Positions 45,737 to 54,960 of a stretch of DNA of 64,000 bases are shown one piece after another. The stretch's first letter is position 1. Every line of letters starts with the position of its first letter. The position numbers were made by a program, and so were the translations under genes. The DNA comes from Candidatus Pyrohabitans jungbluthii (GTDB taxonomy: Archaea > Hydrothermarchaeota > Hydrothermarchaeia > Hydrothermarchaeales > BMS3B): NCBI GenBank assembly GCA_002010065.2, contig MTMD02000014.1, forward strand, positions 32,001 through 96,000. The letters are read 5' to 3'. The notes below the pieces were generated by a model. The model had not been told where the DNA came from and did no database searches. It worked only from the letters and a program-made list of their open reading frames with translations.

Positions 45737-46686
45737 CTTAAAAGCCTCCGGCTCAATTTTTCACATATCTGATAAAGTTGTGGTATCTTCTCCATGACTG
45801 AGGGTACAATCACACCAAAACAAAAGCCAACATAATGTGCCAATATGTTAATCAAGTTGGTACCTCTTCGTATTTCAGAAGGTATTAGATTTGGTAGGGA
45901 AAATAGATAAACTATAGCTATTACAAAAACTCCCACTCTATAAGATAAAATAGGCGGGTGATTAACAAGCTCTTTTAGTTTTTTGAGATAGTGAATAGAT
46001 ATTTTTTGCATGGTTTTAAGATTGATTAAAAGAAACACAATTGAAATAACAGCCAATAGTACTTTTATATGTATTGGTGTGCCTAAATTAATAATTCCCA
46101 CTATTGAGAGATTTACAAGGATAAGAAAGCTAAAAAATTCTGCTTTTACTGAGAGAGTTGATACCTTCTTTAAATAATTATAGACTGCAAAAATAAAATA
46201 ACCTATCAAACCAGAAACAATTGCAGAAAAACCACTTATTTTGGGGATGTTTGGCGTAAAAATAATGTTACTTAAAGAAGATACAAAAGGTAAAATAATA
46301 AAAATTAAAAATGATGATACATAAAAGATTTTCTTATTTGTCTCAACATTGAATATCAAAAAGATTATAAGAAAATATGTGATTATGTTGCTTAAAAAAT
46401 GTTTATACTCTAAATGGGTGTAATGGGAGAGGAACATAGTTAATATCGTTGGGTTTGAGACTATTAAGGTAAAAGATTCCTTCATATCTGGAGGTAATGA
46501 ATATATTAATACGAGGATTCCAGGCAAGATCAAGAAGAAAAGCAAAAAGTCATACAGATTCCAGATAACCAGGACTGGATTAAGTTTTATCACTTTTTCA
46601 ATACATTTCCTTTTGACCAAATAATCTCCAAAAACGCCAAGTAATTGCCAAATAATTGCCAAGTTATTTGAGGACATAGTGGACAC
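45733..46686 (-). CDS. Rhomboid-family intramembrane serine protease (AT-rich)
   Basis: HLEYKHFLSN (HxxxxHxxxN), GFSA (catalytic Ser), AHYVG (catalytic His); multiple TM helices. Confidence 0.78.
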   Translation of the reverse strand: MSTMSSNNLAIIWQLLGVFGDYLVKRKCIEKVIKLNPVLVIWNLYDFLLFFLILPGILVLIYSLPPDMKESFTLIVSNPTILTMFLSHYTHLEYKHFLSNIITYFLIIFLIFNVETNKKIFYVSSFLIFIILPFVSSLSNIIFTPNIPKISGFSAIVSGLIGYFIFAVYNYLKKVSTLSVKAEFFSFLILVNLSIVGIINLGTPIHIKVLLAVISIVFLLINLKTMQKISIHYLKKLKELVNHPPILSYRVGVFVIAIVYLFSLPNLIPSEIRRGTNLINILAHYVGFCFGVIVPSVMEKIPQLYQICEKLSRRLLR

Positions 46687-48010
46687 CTCGTCCCTTCCCT
46701 CTTACCTGAAGAATGCCCTTTGCGACCAGCTCATTCAAATCAAGCCTGGCGCCTTCATCTGAGAGTCCAGAGAGTTCTCTATATTCCCTATTCGTAATCC
46801 TCCCCTTCTCCTTTACGTACATCACCGCCTTGATCTGCCTTTCATTCAATCCCAGGCTGCGGAGGTATTCTTCTGTGTAGATGTCCTTTCTGAAGATCAC
46901 CCAGAAGCCCCGGCGCTCCTCAAACTCGGGCTCAGGAAGCGATGCGCTGAGGCAGGCTTTTCTCATCTTGTCTATGCCGGAGCCCCACTGTTCGATTAGC
47001 CCCATGTCGTAGAAGACTCCTGCGATGCCCTTGTTTCTGAGTACTGAGGAGTGGGGTTTGTAGAGGTCTTCGATGGTGATGCCGTAGGGTAAGCCTCCAG
47101 GGCTCCACACTACAAGCCTGTCGTCGTATATCCTGATTTCAACGCTGGCAGGGATGGTGTAGTCCCTGTGGCAGACGGCGTTGATAACCGCCTCCCTCAA
47201 AGCTTCCAGAGGATATTCCCAGACCTCCTCCCTCTGGGGTTCGCCTGTCATCACAAAGCTTACGCTGATGTGCTTGCGAATAAAGTCCATTGCTTCGTCC
47301 ACCTGCTCAATTACTGTGCCGCCTATCATGCGGTCGTCGATTATCGTGGTTTCTCCTCTGAACCTGCCGCAGTGCACCGTCGCTTGAGAGAGAATACGCT
47401 GAGGTTCTCTGCCGAAGAGAAGCAAAGCCGCCCAGGTGGGCTGATTGTCTTTTATCAGGTCTAACTTTTCAAGAACCTGAAGGTGGTCTTCGTCCTCGGA
47501 GATATTCCTCCTTCCTGCGCTGTTGGCTCTCTTTATATATCTTTTTACCTTCTCGGGGTCTATATCCTCCAAGGTTGCGTCCCTCGCTGGGAGCTTGTCC
47601 CAGCTCATCCCAGCGGAGGCGAAATGCACCTGGGCAATCTCCTGGGGCTGCATAGCTCTGTTGCTGTTTCCCACCCTTCTGTAACATCTTCCTCGCACAG
47701 ATACCGGCTTGATTGGAAACTCTTTAATCGTTATAACAACAACCTTTTTCCCATCTGCCTCCTCAAGCTCAACCTCAGGGATAACTCTCGGCTCTGTGCT
47801 CTGAGAAATCTGATTTGCCCACTCTCGCAGAGTTTCTTTTCCGATATCCACGCCCTTAATCTCGCCGCTGTCGGAGACGCCTATGATTATTGCCCCACCC
47901 CTTGTGTTGGCAAAGGCTCCGGCGGTGACGATTACCTCCCTGTTGAAGTATTCCTTAAATTCGACGGTATCTGACTCTCCTTTACTTATTAGTTCATTTA
48001 AATCCACCAT
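46664..48010 (-). CDS. Schlafen/AlbA_2 + HATPase_c_4 + wHTH protein
   Basis: GESDTVEFKE, AFANTRGG, REAVINAVCHRDY, SPGGLP, IEQWGSGI; C-terminal HTH. Confidence 0.9.
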   Translation of the reverse strand: MVDLNELISKGESDTVEFKEYFNREVIVTAGAFANTRGGAIIIGVSDSGEIKGVDIGKETLREWANQISQSTEPRVIPEVELEEADGKKVVVITIKEFPIKPVSVRGRCYRRVGNSNRAMQPQEIAQVHFASAGMSWDKLPARDATLEDIDPEKVKRYIKRANSAGRRNISEDEDHLQVLEKLDLIKDNQPTWAALLLFGREPQRILSQATVHCGRFRGETTIIDDRMIGGTVIEQVDEAMDFIRKHISVSFVMTGEPQREEVWEYPLEALREAVINAVCHRDYTIPASVEIRIYDDRLVVWSPGGLPYGITIEDLYKPHSSVLRNKGIAGVFYDMGLIEQWGSGIDKMRKACLSASLPEPEFEERRGFWVIFRKDIYTEEYLRSLGLNERQIKAVMYVKEKGRITNREYRELSGLSDEGARLDLNELVAKGILQVRGKGRGVHYVLK

Positions 48011-49784
48011 CACCATTAAACCCCAGCTCCGCCAGATAATCCTCAATCTTCTCCTCTACGCTGGCGATCTCCCTCTCTATAGCCCTGAGCTCTTCCCACT
48101 CCTTGGCTACGTCTATCTCCTCAAGCTCCTCCTGCGGGAAGACGTAGAGGGTGACGTTGAGGTTGAAATCGTTCACTTTAATCTCATCAAGGCTCACAAC
48201 CCTTGAAAATCCGTCCCCGTCCTTGAATTCTCTATATGCCTGGGCTATCTTTGAGATGTGCTCCTCGCTGAGGCGGTTGAGCTTCCTCACCTCGGGGTGC
48301 TGCTCGTACTCCTGAGAGGCGTTGATGAATAGCACCTTACCCCTTCGCTCTTCAGGCTTGTTCTTGTTGAAGATAAGCACAGCGCCTGGTGCACCAGTGT
48401 TGTAAAACAGCTTCTCAGGGAGCAGAATCACACACTCTACTAAGTCTTCCTCCAGCGCCCTCTGCCTTATGGCTCGCTCTTTGCCTCCGCGGAATAGGCA
48501 ACCGTTGTCAATAACCACGCCTACCCTACCCTTTTCGTCATCTGCGCTCGCCAGCATGTGCTGAATCCATGCCCAGTCTGCTGACTGCTTCGGGGTAAAG
48601 CCGTACTTGTACCTCTCCCTCCAGAAGTCCGCCTTTTTTAAAACGCTCTCGTCGTAACCGTCCTGATTCCATGGGGGATTTGCTATAACCACGTGGAATT
48701 TCTTAAACATGCTGTCCTGGAGAAACTTTGGATAGATCAGGGTATCACCCTGCCTAAGCTCTGCATCCCTAATATCGTGAATGTAGAGGTTCATCTTGCA
48801 CAGCGCCAAGGTAGTGGCGTTGGCTTCCTGACCGTAGAGGAAGAGCCTCTTTGCCTCCTCTGGACCGTGCTTCTCCTTAACGTGGTTGTAGGCGAGGATG
48901 AGCATGCCTCCAGAGCCACAGGCTGGATCATAAACTTCCTCTCCCGGCTTGGGATCGAGAATCTCAACCAGTAGCTTTATAACCTCCCGTGGGGTATATA
49001 CCTCGCCCTCCTTTGCCTTCTGCGGTGCAAAATAGCGCAGAACCCATTCGTAGGCGTCGCCTAAAATATCCGGCGAAACATGGTGGAGTTTTCTGGCGCT
49101 GAATAGCTCAACAAGCTGCCTGAGAATCTCAAAGTTCTCAGTGCTGCTGGTGAACTGAAGAAAGTCTGCCCTGTCAACGACGTCTTTAAGCTCCGGGTTG
49201 CGCTCAGCGATAACCTTAAGCGCCTGGGAAAGCTTCACAGGTAGCTGGTTCACATCCCTTCTGATATTCTCCCACAGGTACTCCTGGGGTATATCAAAAT
49301 CGTGGTAATACTTGCTCTTCGCCTCCTCCCTCGCCTCTTCTTCGGTTAAACCATCGGCAAGAGCTTCCCTGTAAGCCCGCTCGTACTCCAGCTCCCACTT
49401 GTCGCTTATCCTCTTGAGGAAGAGGAGAATGAGGATAAACTTGTAGTCCACCCTGGTTCTTATTAAATCTGCCGCCTTCTTTAGAAGACTCTCCAGCTCC
49501 TCACGGGTTAGCTTCTCTCCGGGGGAAAGTCCCTCTCTGATTATGTCCCTCTTGCTCTTCAAGATATACACCCGCCTTCTGGCGTCGGCTTCGTCTATTC
49601 TCGCTTCAAGCCAGCCCGCTTTCCTAAGCTCTGAGAGGATTACGTTAATGTTATTCTTAGGGTCTTTAAACCTCTCCCTCAATACCCGGTAGGCATCTTC
49701 TCTTGTAAAAGCTTTTTCTTGGAACACTTCAAAAAGGGCTTCGTGCCTTACTTCGAGCCACCTGGGGAGTGTAATTTCACCCAT
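47994..49784 (-). CDS. hsdM: Type I RM N6-adenine methyltransferase with N-terminal winged helix
   Basis: GEVYTPREV, DPACGSGG, ANPPW and LFYNTG motifs. Confidence 0.96.
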   Translation of the reverse strand: MGEITLPRWLEVRHEALFEVFQEKAFTREDAYRVLRERFKDPKNNINVILSELRKAGWLEARIDEADARRRVYILKSKRDIIREGLSPGEKLTREELESLLKKAADLIRTRVDYKFILILLFLKRISDKWELEYERAYREALADGLTEEEAREEAKSKYYHDFDIPQEYLWENIRRDVNQLPVKLSQALKVIAERNPELKDVVDRADFLQFTSSTENFEILRQLVELFSARKLHHVSPDILGDAYEWVLRYFAPQKAKEGEVYTPREVIKLLVEILDPKPGEEVYDPACGSGGMLILAYNHVKEKHGPEEAKRLFLYGQEANATTLALCKMNLYIHDIRDAELRQGDTLIYPKFLQDSMFKKFHVVIANPPWNQDGYDESVLKKADFWRERYKYGFTPKQSADWAWIQHMLASADDEKGRVGVVIDNGCLFRGGKERAIRQRALEEDLVECVILLPEKLFYNTGAPGAVLIFNKNKPEERRGKVLFINASQEYEQHPEVRKLNRLSEEHISKIAQAYREFKDGDGFSRVVSLDEIKVNDFNLNVTLYVFPQEELEEIDVAKEWEELRAIEREIASVEEKIEDYLAELGFNGDGGFK

Positions 49785-49863
49785 ATTCTTATCGTGAAAG
49801 AAGAAGTATAAAAAAGTTACTATTTTATGAGCTAATTATATAAGCTTAATTGTATTGAACTTA

Positions 49864-51396
49864 TTAAAATTTAATTCTCCCATTTTCCACCGGCAACACC
49901 ACCTCAACCCCATCCAACCTCTCCACAAAGAACTCCGGCCTCTCGGTATGCACCGGCACCACCACCTCGGGTTCAATCTCCTCCACCATCCTGATAATCT
50001 CATCGCCTGAGGCGTGTCCGCTAGCGTGGTAGCCGCGCTGGAACTCTGGCACTGGCTTGCCGTTTTTCTCAACAATCTCGAAGCCCCTGACCTCGAGGTT
50101 GAAAAACTTCAGCCAGTTGTATAAGCGCAGGAAGTCGATGACCTGCTCCTCTGTGTATGCCTCGCTGCTTGAGTAAATGTATGTTCCGCCTTCTGGTTTA
50201 ATGTCCAGCAGGTGCTTCATGTCCCAGAAGCTGAAGCACAGGATGTAGCTCTCTGGCGAGGTGGCTATCTCGCTGGGATCAACCAGCTTGTCCTCATACC
50301 TCTCGTGCACCTCTCTTTCAAAGGCGTCCCTCTTTGCCTTTAACTCCTTATAAACCAAAAGCTCATTCATTCTATCAACGCACTGGGCACATCTCAGAGC
50401 GTCAAGGAGATAGGCGTCCTTAGCTAGGACTACGAGCTCTCGCCCAGCCTCTTTTGCAATCCTTGCGAAGGTGTCCAGGCGCTCAAAGTTTCTCGGCGAG
50501 AAGTCGGCAATCACCAGCTGCTCTTCATCAAGTGTAGCCTCAAGGCAGGTCTCATACACCTGCTGCTCCGAAACCTCAGCCTCTTCAACCCCCGCTCTTG
50601 TGCCCTCGATTATGAGAACCTGCGGGGCGAGCGCCTTCGCCTCTTTAATAAACCTCTCAGTCTTCTCTTTAAACGTGCCATGGGCGCGGATATCGCCTGT
50701 GTAGACCACCCAGCCGGCTGAGGTTTCGACGGCGCAGGCAGCTGCACCATAGATGGAGTGGTCTACATCAAACACCTTAACCTCAAGGCCAAGCTCGTCT
50801 AAGGTTTTAAGCTTCCCCGCATCCAAGCCTCTGGAGCTGGGGCAGCGCTGCCAGAAGTCCTCAAGTTCGCTGTTTGCATCGCCTGCTATAACATAGTCCC
50901 TGCCAATGTATGGTGCCTTTCTCCAGTGGCTGGTGTTGAGCACTCTCGCATCGCCGGGAAAAGCCTCCCTGGGTGCGGAGTAGGCAACCTCTGCGTTGAA
51001 GCTCAAGCCACAGTCGTTCATCGCTTTGAGTATCGCCGCCGTTGTGGGGGTTGCTATCGTGGGGATATCCAGGTCAAGCAGGCCCAGGTTGCCCGCATGG
51101 TCGAGGTGCGCATGGGAGATGAACACAGCTTCTATGTTAAGCCTCGGCATGCGTGAGAGGTCAACATCGCTGGGGATTAGGTCGGAGCGGTAGTTGTTTA
51201 TCCAGGGTATCAGGCCCATGTGCAGCAGGTCGTGGATACCTCTCGCTGGCCTGGGGCTGAGAAACTCCTCGTAGAAGTCGTACATCTTCTTATAGTTGAT
51301 TCCGAAATCGAGGAGAATGCCTCTGCCATCGCTTTCCAGGAAAATCTTGTTACCCCCGATGCTCCTCGCCCCGTCGAAGATGGTTATGCTGGGCAT
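49864..51396 (-). CDS. MBL/beta-CASP ribonuclease J-like hydrolase
   Basis: IGGNKI, SHAHLDH, VDHS, YTGD, HASGHA and PVHTE motifs. Confidence 0.85.
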   Translation of the reverse strand: MPSITIFDGARSIGGNKIFLESDGRGILLDFGINYKKMYDFYEEFLSPRPARGIHDLLHMGLIPWINNYRSDLIPSDVDLSRMPRLNIEAVFISHAHLDHAGNLGLLDLDIPTIATPTTAAILKAMNDCGLSFNAEVAYSAPREAFPGDARVLNTSHWRKAPYIGRDYVIAGDANSELEDFWQRCPSSRGLDAGKLKTLDELGLEVKVFDVDHSIYGAAACAVETSAGWVVYTGDIRAHGTFKEKTERFIKEAKALAPQVLIIEGTRAGVEEAEVSEQQVYETCLEATLDEEQLVIADFSPRNFERLDTFARIAKEAGRELVVLAKDAYLLDALRCAQCVDRMNELLVYKELKAKRDAFEREVHERYEDKLVDPSEIATSPESYILCFSFWDMKHLLDIKPEGGTYIYSSSEAYTEEQVIDFLRLYNWLKFFNLEVRGFEIVEKNGKPVPEFQRGYHASGHASGDEIIRMVEEIEPEVVVPVHTERPEFFVERLDGVEVVLPVENGRIKF

Positions 51397-51506
51397 CAAG
51401 TCCACCTTGCAAAATAAGGTATCTACGATGTGAGATAAATAATATGTGGCGTAAAGGAGAGGGAAAATTGCTTTAGGTGAAGATGCAACTATCACAATGG
51501 TGGCTC

Positions 51507-52121
51507 ATGAATGGAATAAAAGAGGAAAAACAAAAGCTGAGGGAATACGTCTGGAGGAGGCTTGAAGAAGCGGGAGTGGCGAGATTTCCTCCACCTTACG
51601 GAAGGATACCCAACTTTGAGGGGGCAGAAATAGCGGCGGAGAGGTTAAGCAAGTTGGAGGAGTGGAGAAGGGCAAAGGTGGTGCTCGCAAATCCCGACTC
51701 GCCTCAGAGGAAGGTGAGGGAGCTCGCCCTTAAACAGGGAAAGATGCTCATCATGGCATCCCCCAAGCTCAAGAGGGGATATCTTAAGATAGACCCTGCG
51801 GATGTGAAGGGAAGGGAGAGGGAGGCTTCCAGTATTAAGGGAGCCTTCAAATATGGCAGGACTATCAGCCTGGACGAGGTGGGGGGCATAGACTTGGTAA
51901 TCACTGGCTGTGTCGCTGCCACAGAGGGAGGCGTAAGGCTCGGCAAGGGTGGCGGCTACGGCGACAGGGAGATAGCAGCAGTGCGCGAAAGATTTGGGGA
52001 CGTAGCTGTGGCAACCACTCTGCACGAGCTTCAGATACTTGAGAGAATCCCTGAAGAAAAGCACGACCAGAGGGTTAGCATAATAGCAACGCCGCGCAGG
52101 GTGGTTAGAGTCCAGGAGTAG
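51507..52121 (+). CDS. 5-formyltetrahydrofolate cyclo-ligase family protein (archaeal type)
   Basis: GRIPNFEGA, NPDSPQ and RLGKGGGYGDRE motifs. Confidence 0.85.
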   Translation: MNGIKEEKQKLREYVWRRLEEAGVARFPPPYGRIPNFEGAEIAAERLSKLEEWRRAKVVLANPDSPQRKVRELALKQGKMLIMASPKLKRGYLKIDPADVKGREREASSIKGAFKYGRTISLDEVGGIDLVITGCVAATEGGVRLGKGGGYGDREIAAVRERFGDVAVATTLHELQILERIPEEKHDQRVSIIATPRRVVRVQE

Positions 52122-52818
52122 CGCCTCTGCCACGCCCTCCGGGGCACACATCGGTGCAAAGGGTGCACTTTCTGAAGCTTCCCCCACGCTCGAAGCGAAG
52201 GTTGTACTCGTAGCACCGCCTCGCATCGAAGGTTTCACCTATAGCGCTGGCTGGACATGCCTCTATGCAAGCGTTGCACTCCAGGCAGAGGTCGGGCACG
52301 CTCTGCTCAGAGCCTGAGAGTATGGCGCTCGTGGCTACGCCAGCGAACCTGGCGCGGGGGCCAAATTCTGGAGTTATCACAAGACCATTTCTGCCAATTG
52401 TGCCCACGCCGGCGATAGCTGCTAATCTGCGTATGTCAGCGCTCGGCTGCGAGGAGCTTATAACCTCACTCTCGTATCCCATTTTAAGCAGGAGGTTTGA
52501 AACCTTATAAGCTACGAGGTCGAGAATCTGGTCAACAAACTGCTTCGCTCTATTCCAGCCTTCCTGCCTGACGCCAACCAGAAGCTCCTTCTCCTTTATA
52601 CCCAGACCAAAAACAATTACGCTTCTCGCCCAGGGAAAACCTGTGAGGGGTGCTGCGTACGCTCCGCAGTAGCACCCGAAGATGTCCATTCCCTCTTCAA
52701 CGACGATAGCCTTAACCTCATCCTTCAGCGCCCAGAGGCGCGACTGAAGCAAAGCTCTAGACTCTGCTGCCACTCTACTTCCTCTCCTTTGCGCTTCCTT
52801 CAATCTCACACATTCCAT
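52105..52818 (-). CDS. QueG/reductive dehalogenase-like 4Fe-4S protein
   Basis: AGVGTIGRNGLVITPEFGPRARF, CLECNACIEACP and CTLCTDVCP; start uncertain. Confidence 0.82.
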   Translation of the reverse strand: MECVRLKEAQRRGSRVAAESRALLQSRLWALKDEVKAIVVEEGMDIFGCYCGAYAAPLTGFPWARSVIVFGLGIKEKELLVGVRQEGWNRAKQFVDQILDLVAYKVSNLLLKMGYESEVISSSQPSADIRRLAAIAGVGTIGRNGLVITPEFGPRARFAGVATSAILSGSEQSVPDLCLECNACIEACPASAIGETFDARRCYEYNLRFERGGSFRKCTLCTDVCPGGRGRGATPGL

Positions 52819-53242
52819 AGTCGCAGGCGCACTCCTCTCCAGCGGCGCTCTCAACTTCCAGGAACTTTCTCAGCCCTACTGCGAGGGATGAAGTTTCTGC
52901 CACGTGGCTGGCGATGAGCACAGCATCGAGAACCTCCTCCTTGCTAGCGCCATTGGCGAGGGCACGCTTCATGTGGCTGAGAGCGCAGGCATCGCAGCGC
53001 AGGGCTACAGCAGAGGCTAAAGCGACTAGCTCCGCAACCTTTGGCTCAAGGGTGCTGCCTAATATGAGGTTCGAGCTTTTAATAAAATTCGGGATAAAAA
53101 TCTCAGGCTTGGTGCTCAAAACTCTGGAAACAAGGGGCACCTCGCCGTACCTCTCCTCTATCATGCTGAGTATCTCCTTCACCGTCGCTTCCTTGTCCTC
53201 AAAAAGTAAGCGCACCTTGGAATTGAGGTTGACATGAGCCAT
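52775..53242 (-). CDS. Carboxymuconolactone decarboxylase/AhpD-family protein
   Basis: ELVALASAVALRCDACALSH...GASKEEV; start uncertain. Confidence 0.88.
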   Translation of the reverse strand: MAHVNLNSKVRLLFEDKEATVKEILSMIEERYGEVPLVSRVLSTKPEIFIPNFIKSSNLILGSTLEPKVAELVALASAVALRCDACALSHMKRALANGASKEEVLDAVLIASHVAETSSLAVGLRKFLEVESAAGEECACDYGMCEIEGSAKERK

Positions 53243-53316
53243 TGGGATAAAATACAATCTTGGTATATTTAACATTTTTGGTATATTGTCCAATAAAAAA
53301 TAGAAGAAGTTGGATA

Positions 53317-53748
53317 TTATTCTTTCTTCAACTCTATGTCATACAGCTTCACAAAGTCCGTCGCAGAGAGTATGCCTACCGGAATGGGGAGGCTGCCCAC
53401 GGGCTTCTTCTGGGTTATCACCAGGCGGTGGATGTTCTTCTCCAGCATCACTTTCGCCGCTTCTTCCAGGTTCGACTCCGGTGCGATGTCTATGGTGTGT
53501 GGCGTCATTATGTCCTCTGCGGTAAGGCTGAGAATCTCCTCCTTAGTCTTGCCGGTGAAGTTCTTCAGGATGTCGACGCTGGAGATAACCCCCATGGTCT
53601 CACTCTGGTTGTTCACAACCACGACGGCGGTTACATCGTTCTCCACCATAGCATCGAGAACCTCTTTCACACCAGCTGTGAAGTTCACTGTGACTACGCC
53701 CCGTGTCATTACATCTCTCACAGCAAACTTACTGAGAAGGTCTCCCAC
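53317..53748 (-). CDS. CBS-pair domain protein
   Basis: Two CBS repeats. Confidence 0.9.
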   Translation of the reverse strand: MGDLLSKFAVRDVMTRGVVTVNFTAGVKEVLDAMVENDVTAVVVVNNQSETMGVISSVDILKNFTGKTKEEILSLTAEDIMTPHTIDIAPESNLEEAAKVMLEKNIHRLVITQKKPVGSLPIPVGILSATDFVKLYDIELKKE

Positions 53749-53762
53749 TATTCAGCCCCCTA

Positions 53763-54779
53763 CTACCTGACTGCACCGATAAAGGCCTTTATGTTATCTA
53801 GGGGCACCGTGGGCGGGATATCGCAACCGGGGCAGAGCACGTATCCACCGCCCTCAGCGGCGGCGGAGATGCATTCCTGCGCTGCCTTCTTCACATCCTC
53901 GGGTGTGCCCTCGGTGAGCACAGCTACGGGGTTAACGTTGCCAGCGATGCATATTTTGCCGGATAACTCTCTCTTGGCTGTGGCAAGGTCAACCTTGTGG
54001 TCTAAGCTGAAGCAGCCTGCTTTGCTCTCTGCTATTTCATGGAGCTTGTCGCTGGTGTTGCCGCAGATGTGCAGGAATGTGCGCGCGCCCATCTTCTCAA
54101 TCTCTTGCACAAGCTCCTTGAGCGCTGGCAGAGCGTATTCCACAAACTGCTTCTTTGATATTAAATCACCGCTCGCCGTGGGGTCAGCGATGCTCACAGC
54201 CTCCATGCCCACGTCCCTTATAAGCGGCTCATAGAAGGCAAGGATAAGCTCCTTTGCGAAGTCAACCACCTGCTTGACAAACTCCTTGTTTTTGTAGGTG
54301 TCGCGCATCAGCCTCTCCACACCACGAAGGTTAGCTGCCTTTGTGAAGGGTCCCCACGCGGTAGTGCCCACGAGGTACTTATCGCCTATGCGCTCGTACA
54401 CAATCTCAGAGGCACGCCAGACTGTGCGTATCGCCTCGCTCTCGGAAATCTTCTCTACATCCAGCGCTTCTAGGTCTTCGGGCGAGTCTATTATTGGTGC
54501 TTCTAGGTCGGGTGCACCTACGCGGCGAACCTTTATCTTTCCTCCAATCGCCGCCGCCAGGAAGTTGTTGTAGCCGGAGCCAGGGAAGACCATATCCGAC
54601 TGGATTAACTCGGCGGTCTTTATTATGGTCTCCGCGTACTCCTCTGGCTTGCCTATAAAATCCATGAAGGTCTTTCCCGCATTCTTTATAGTCCACATCC
54701 CCCCGCCGTAAATTACGGCGGGCACCCTCTCGGGCGTGCCCAACTCAAAAGCTTCGAGAAGTATATCCTTCGGCTGCAT
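53763..54779 (-). CDS. MtaA/CmuA-family (URO-D fold) methyltransferase
   Basis: GPFT, LHICG and PGC zinc-ligand motifs. Confidence 0.88.
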   Translation of the reverse strand: MQPKDILLEAFELGTPERVPAVIYGGGMWTIKNAGKTFMDFIGKPEEYAETIIKTAELIQSDMVFPGSGYNNFLAAAIGGKIKVRRVGAPDLEAPIIDSPEDLEALDVEKISESEAIRTVWRASEIVYERIGDKYLVGTTAWGPFTKAANLRGVERLMRDTYKNKEFVKQVVDFAKELILAFYEPLIRDVGMEAVSIADPTASGDLISKKQFVEYALPALKELVQEIEKMGARTFLHICGNTSDKLHEIAESKAGCFSLDHKVDLATAKRELSGKICIAGNVNPVAVLTEGTPEDVKKAAQECISAAAEGGGYVLCPGCDIPPTVPLDNIKAFIGAVR

Positions 54780-54960
54780 GTCCTACCACCTCAGTTTAAG
54801 TATAATTGTTGTACCAGACGTATATAAATTTATCCTAGTGTTAGGATTTTTTTCAAATCTATGGATATAAATATGGACTGTTTTTAGATTAATTAGTAAA
54901 ATTTAAATATGGGGATAAGCAAATATCCATACCGGAGGTGACTCCAGGAGGTAGCATTGG

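Noticed and set aside
53755-53770. Pyrrolysine read-through at the methyltransferase TAG stop
   Set aside because: The protein is already full length for the MT2 family, two TAG codons occur in tandem, and Pyl is known from MtmB/MtbB/MttB rather than this family.
53260-54234. 324-aa plus-strand ORF and the many other antisense or alternative-frame ORFs in the track
   Set aside because: They overlap well-supported genes and have no recognisable motifs, so they are treated as shadow ORFs.
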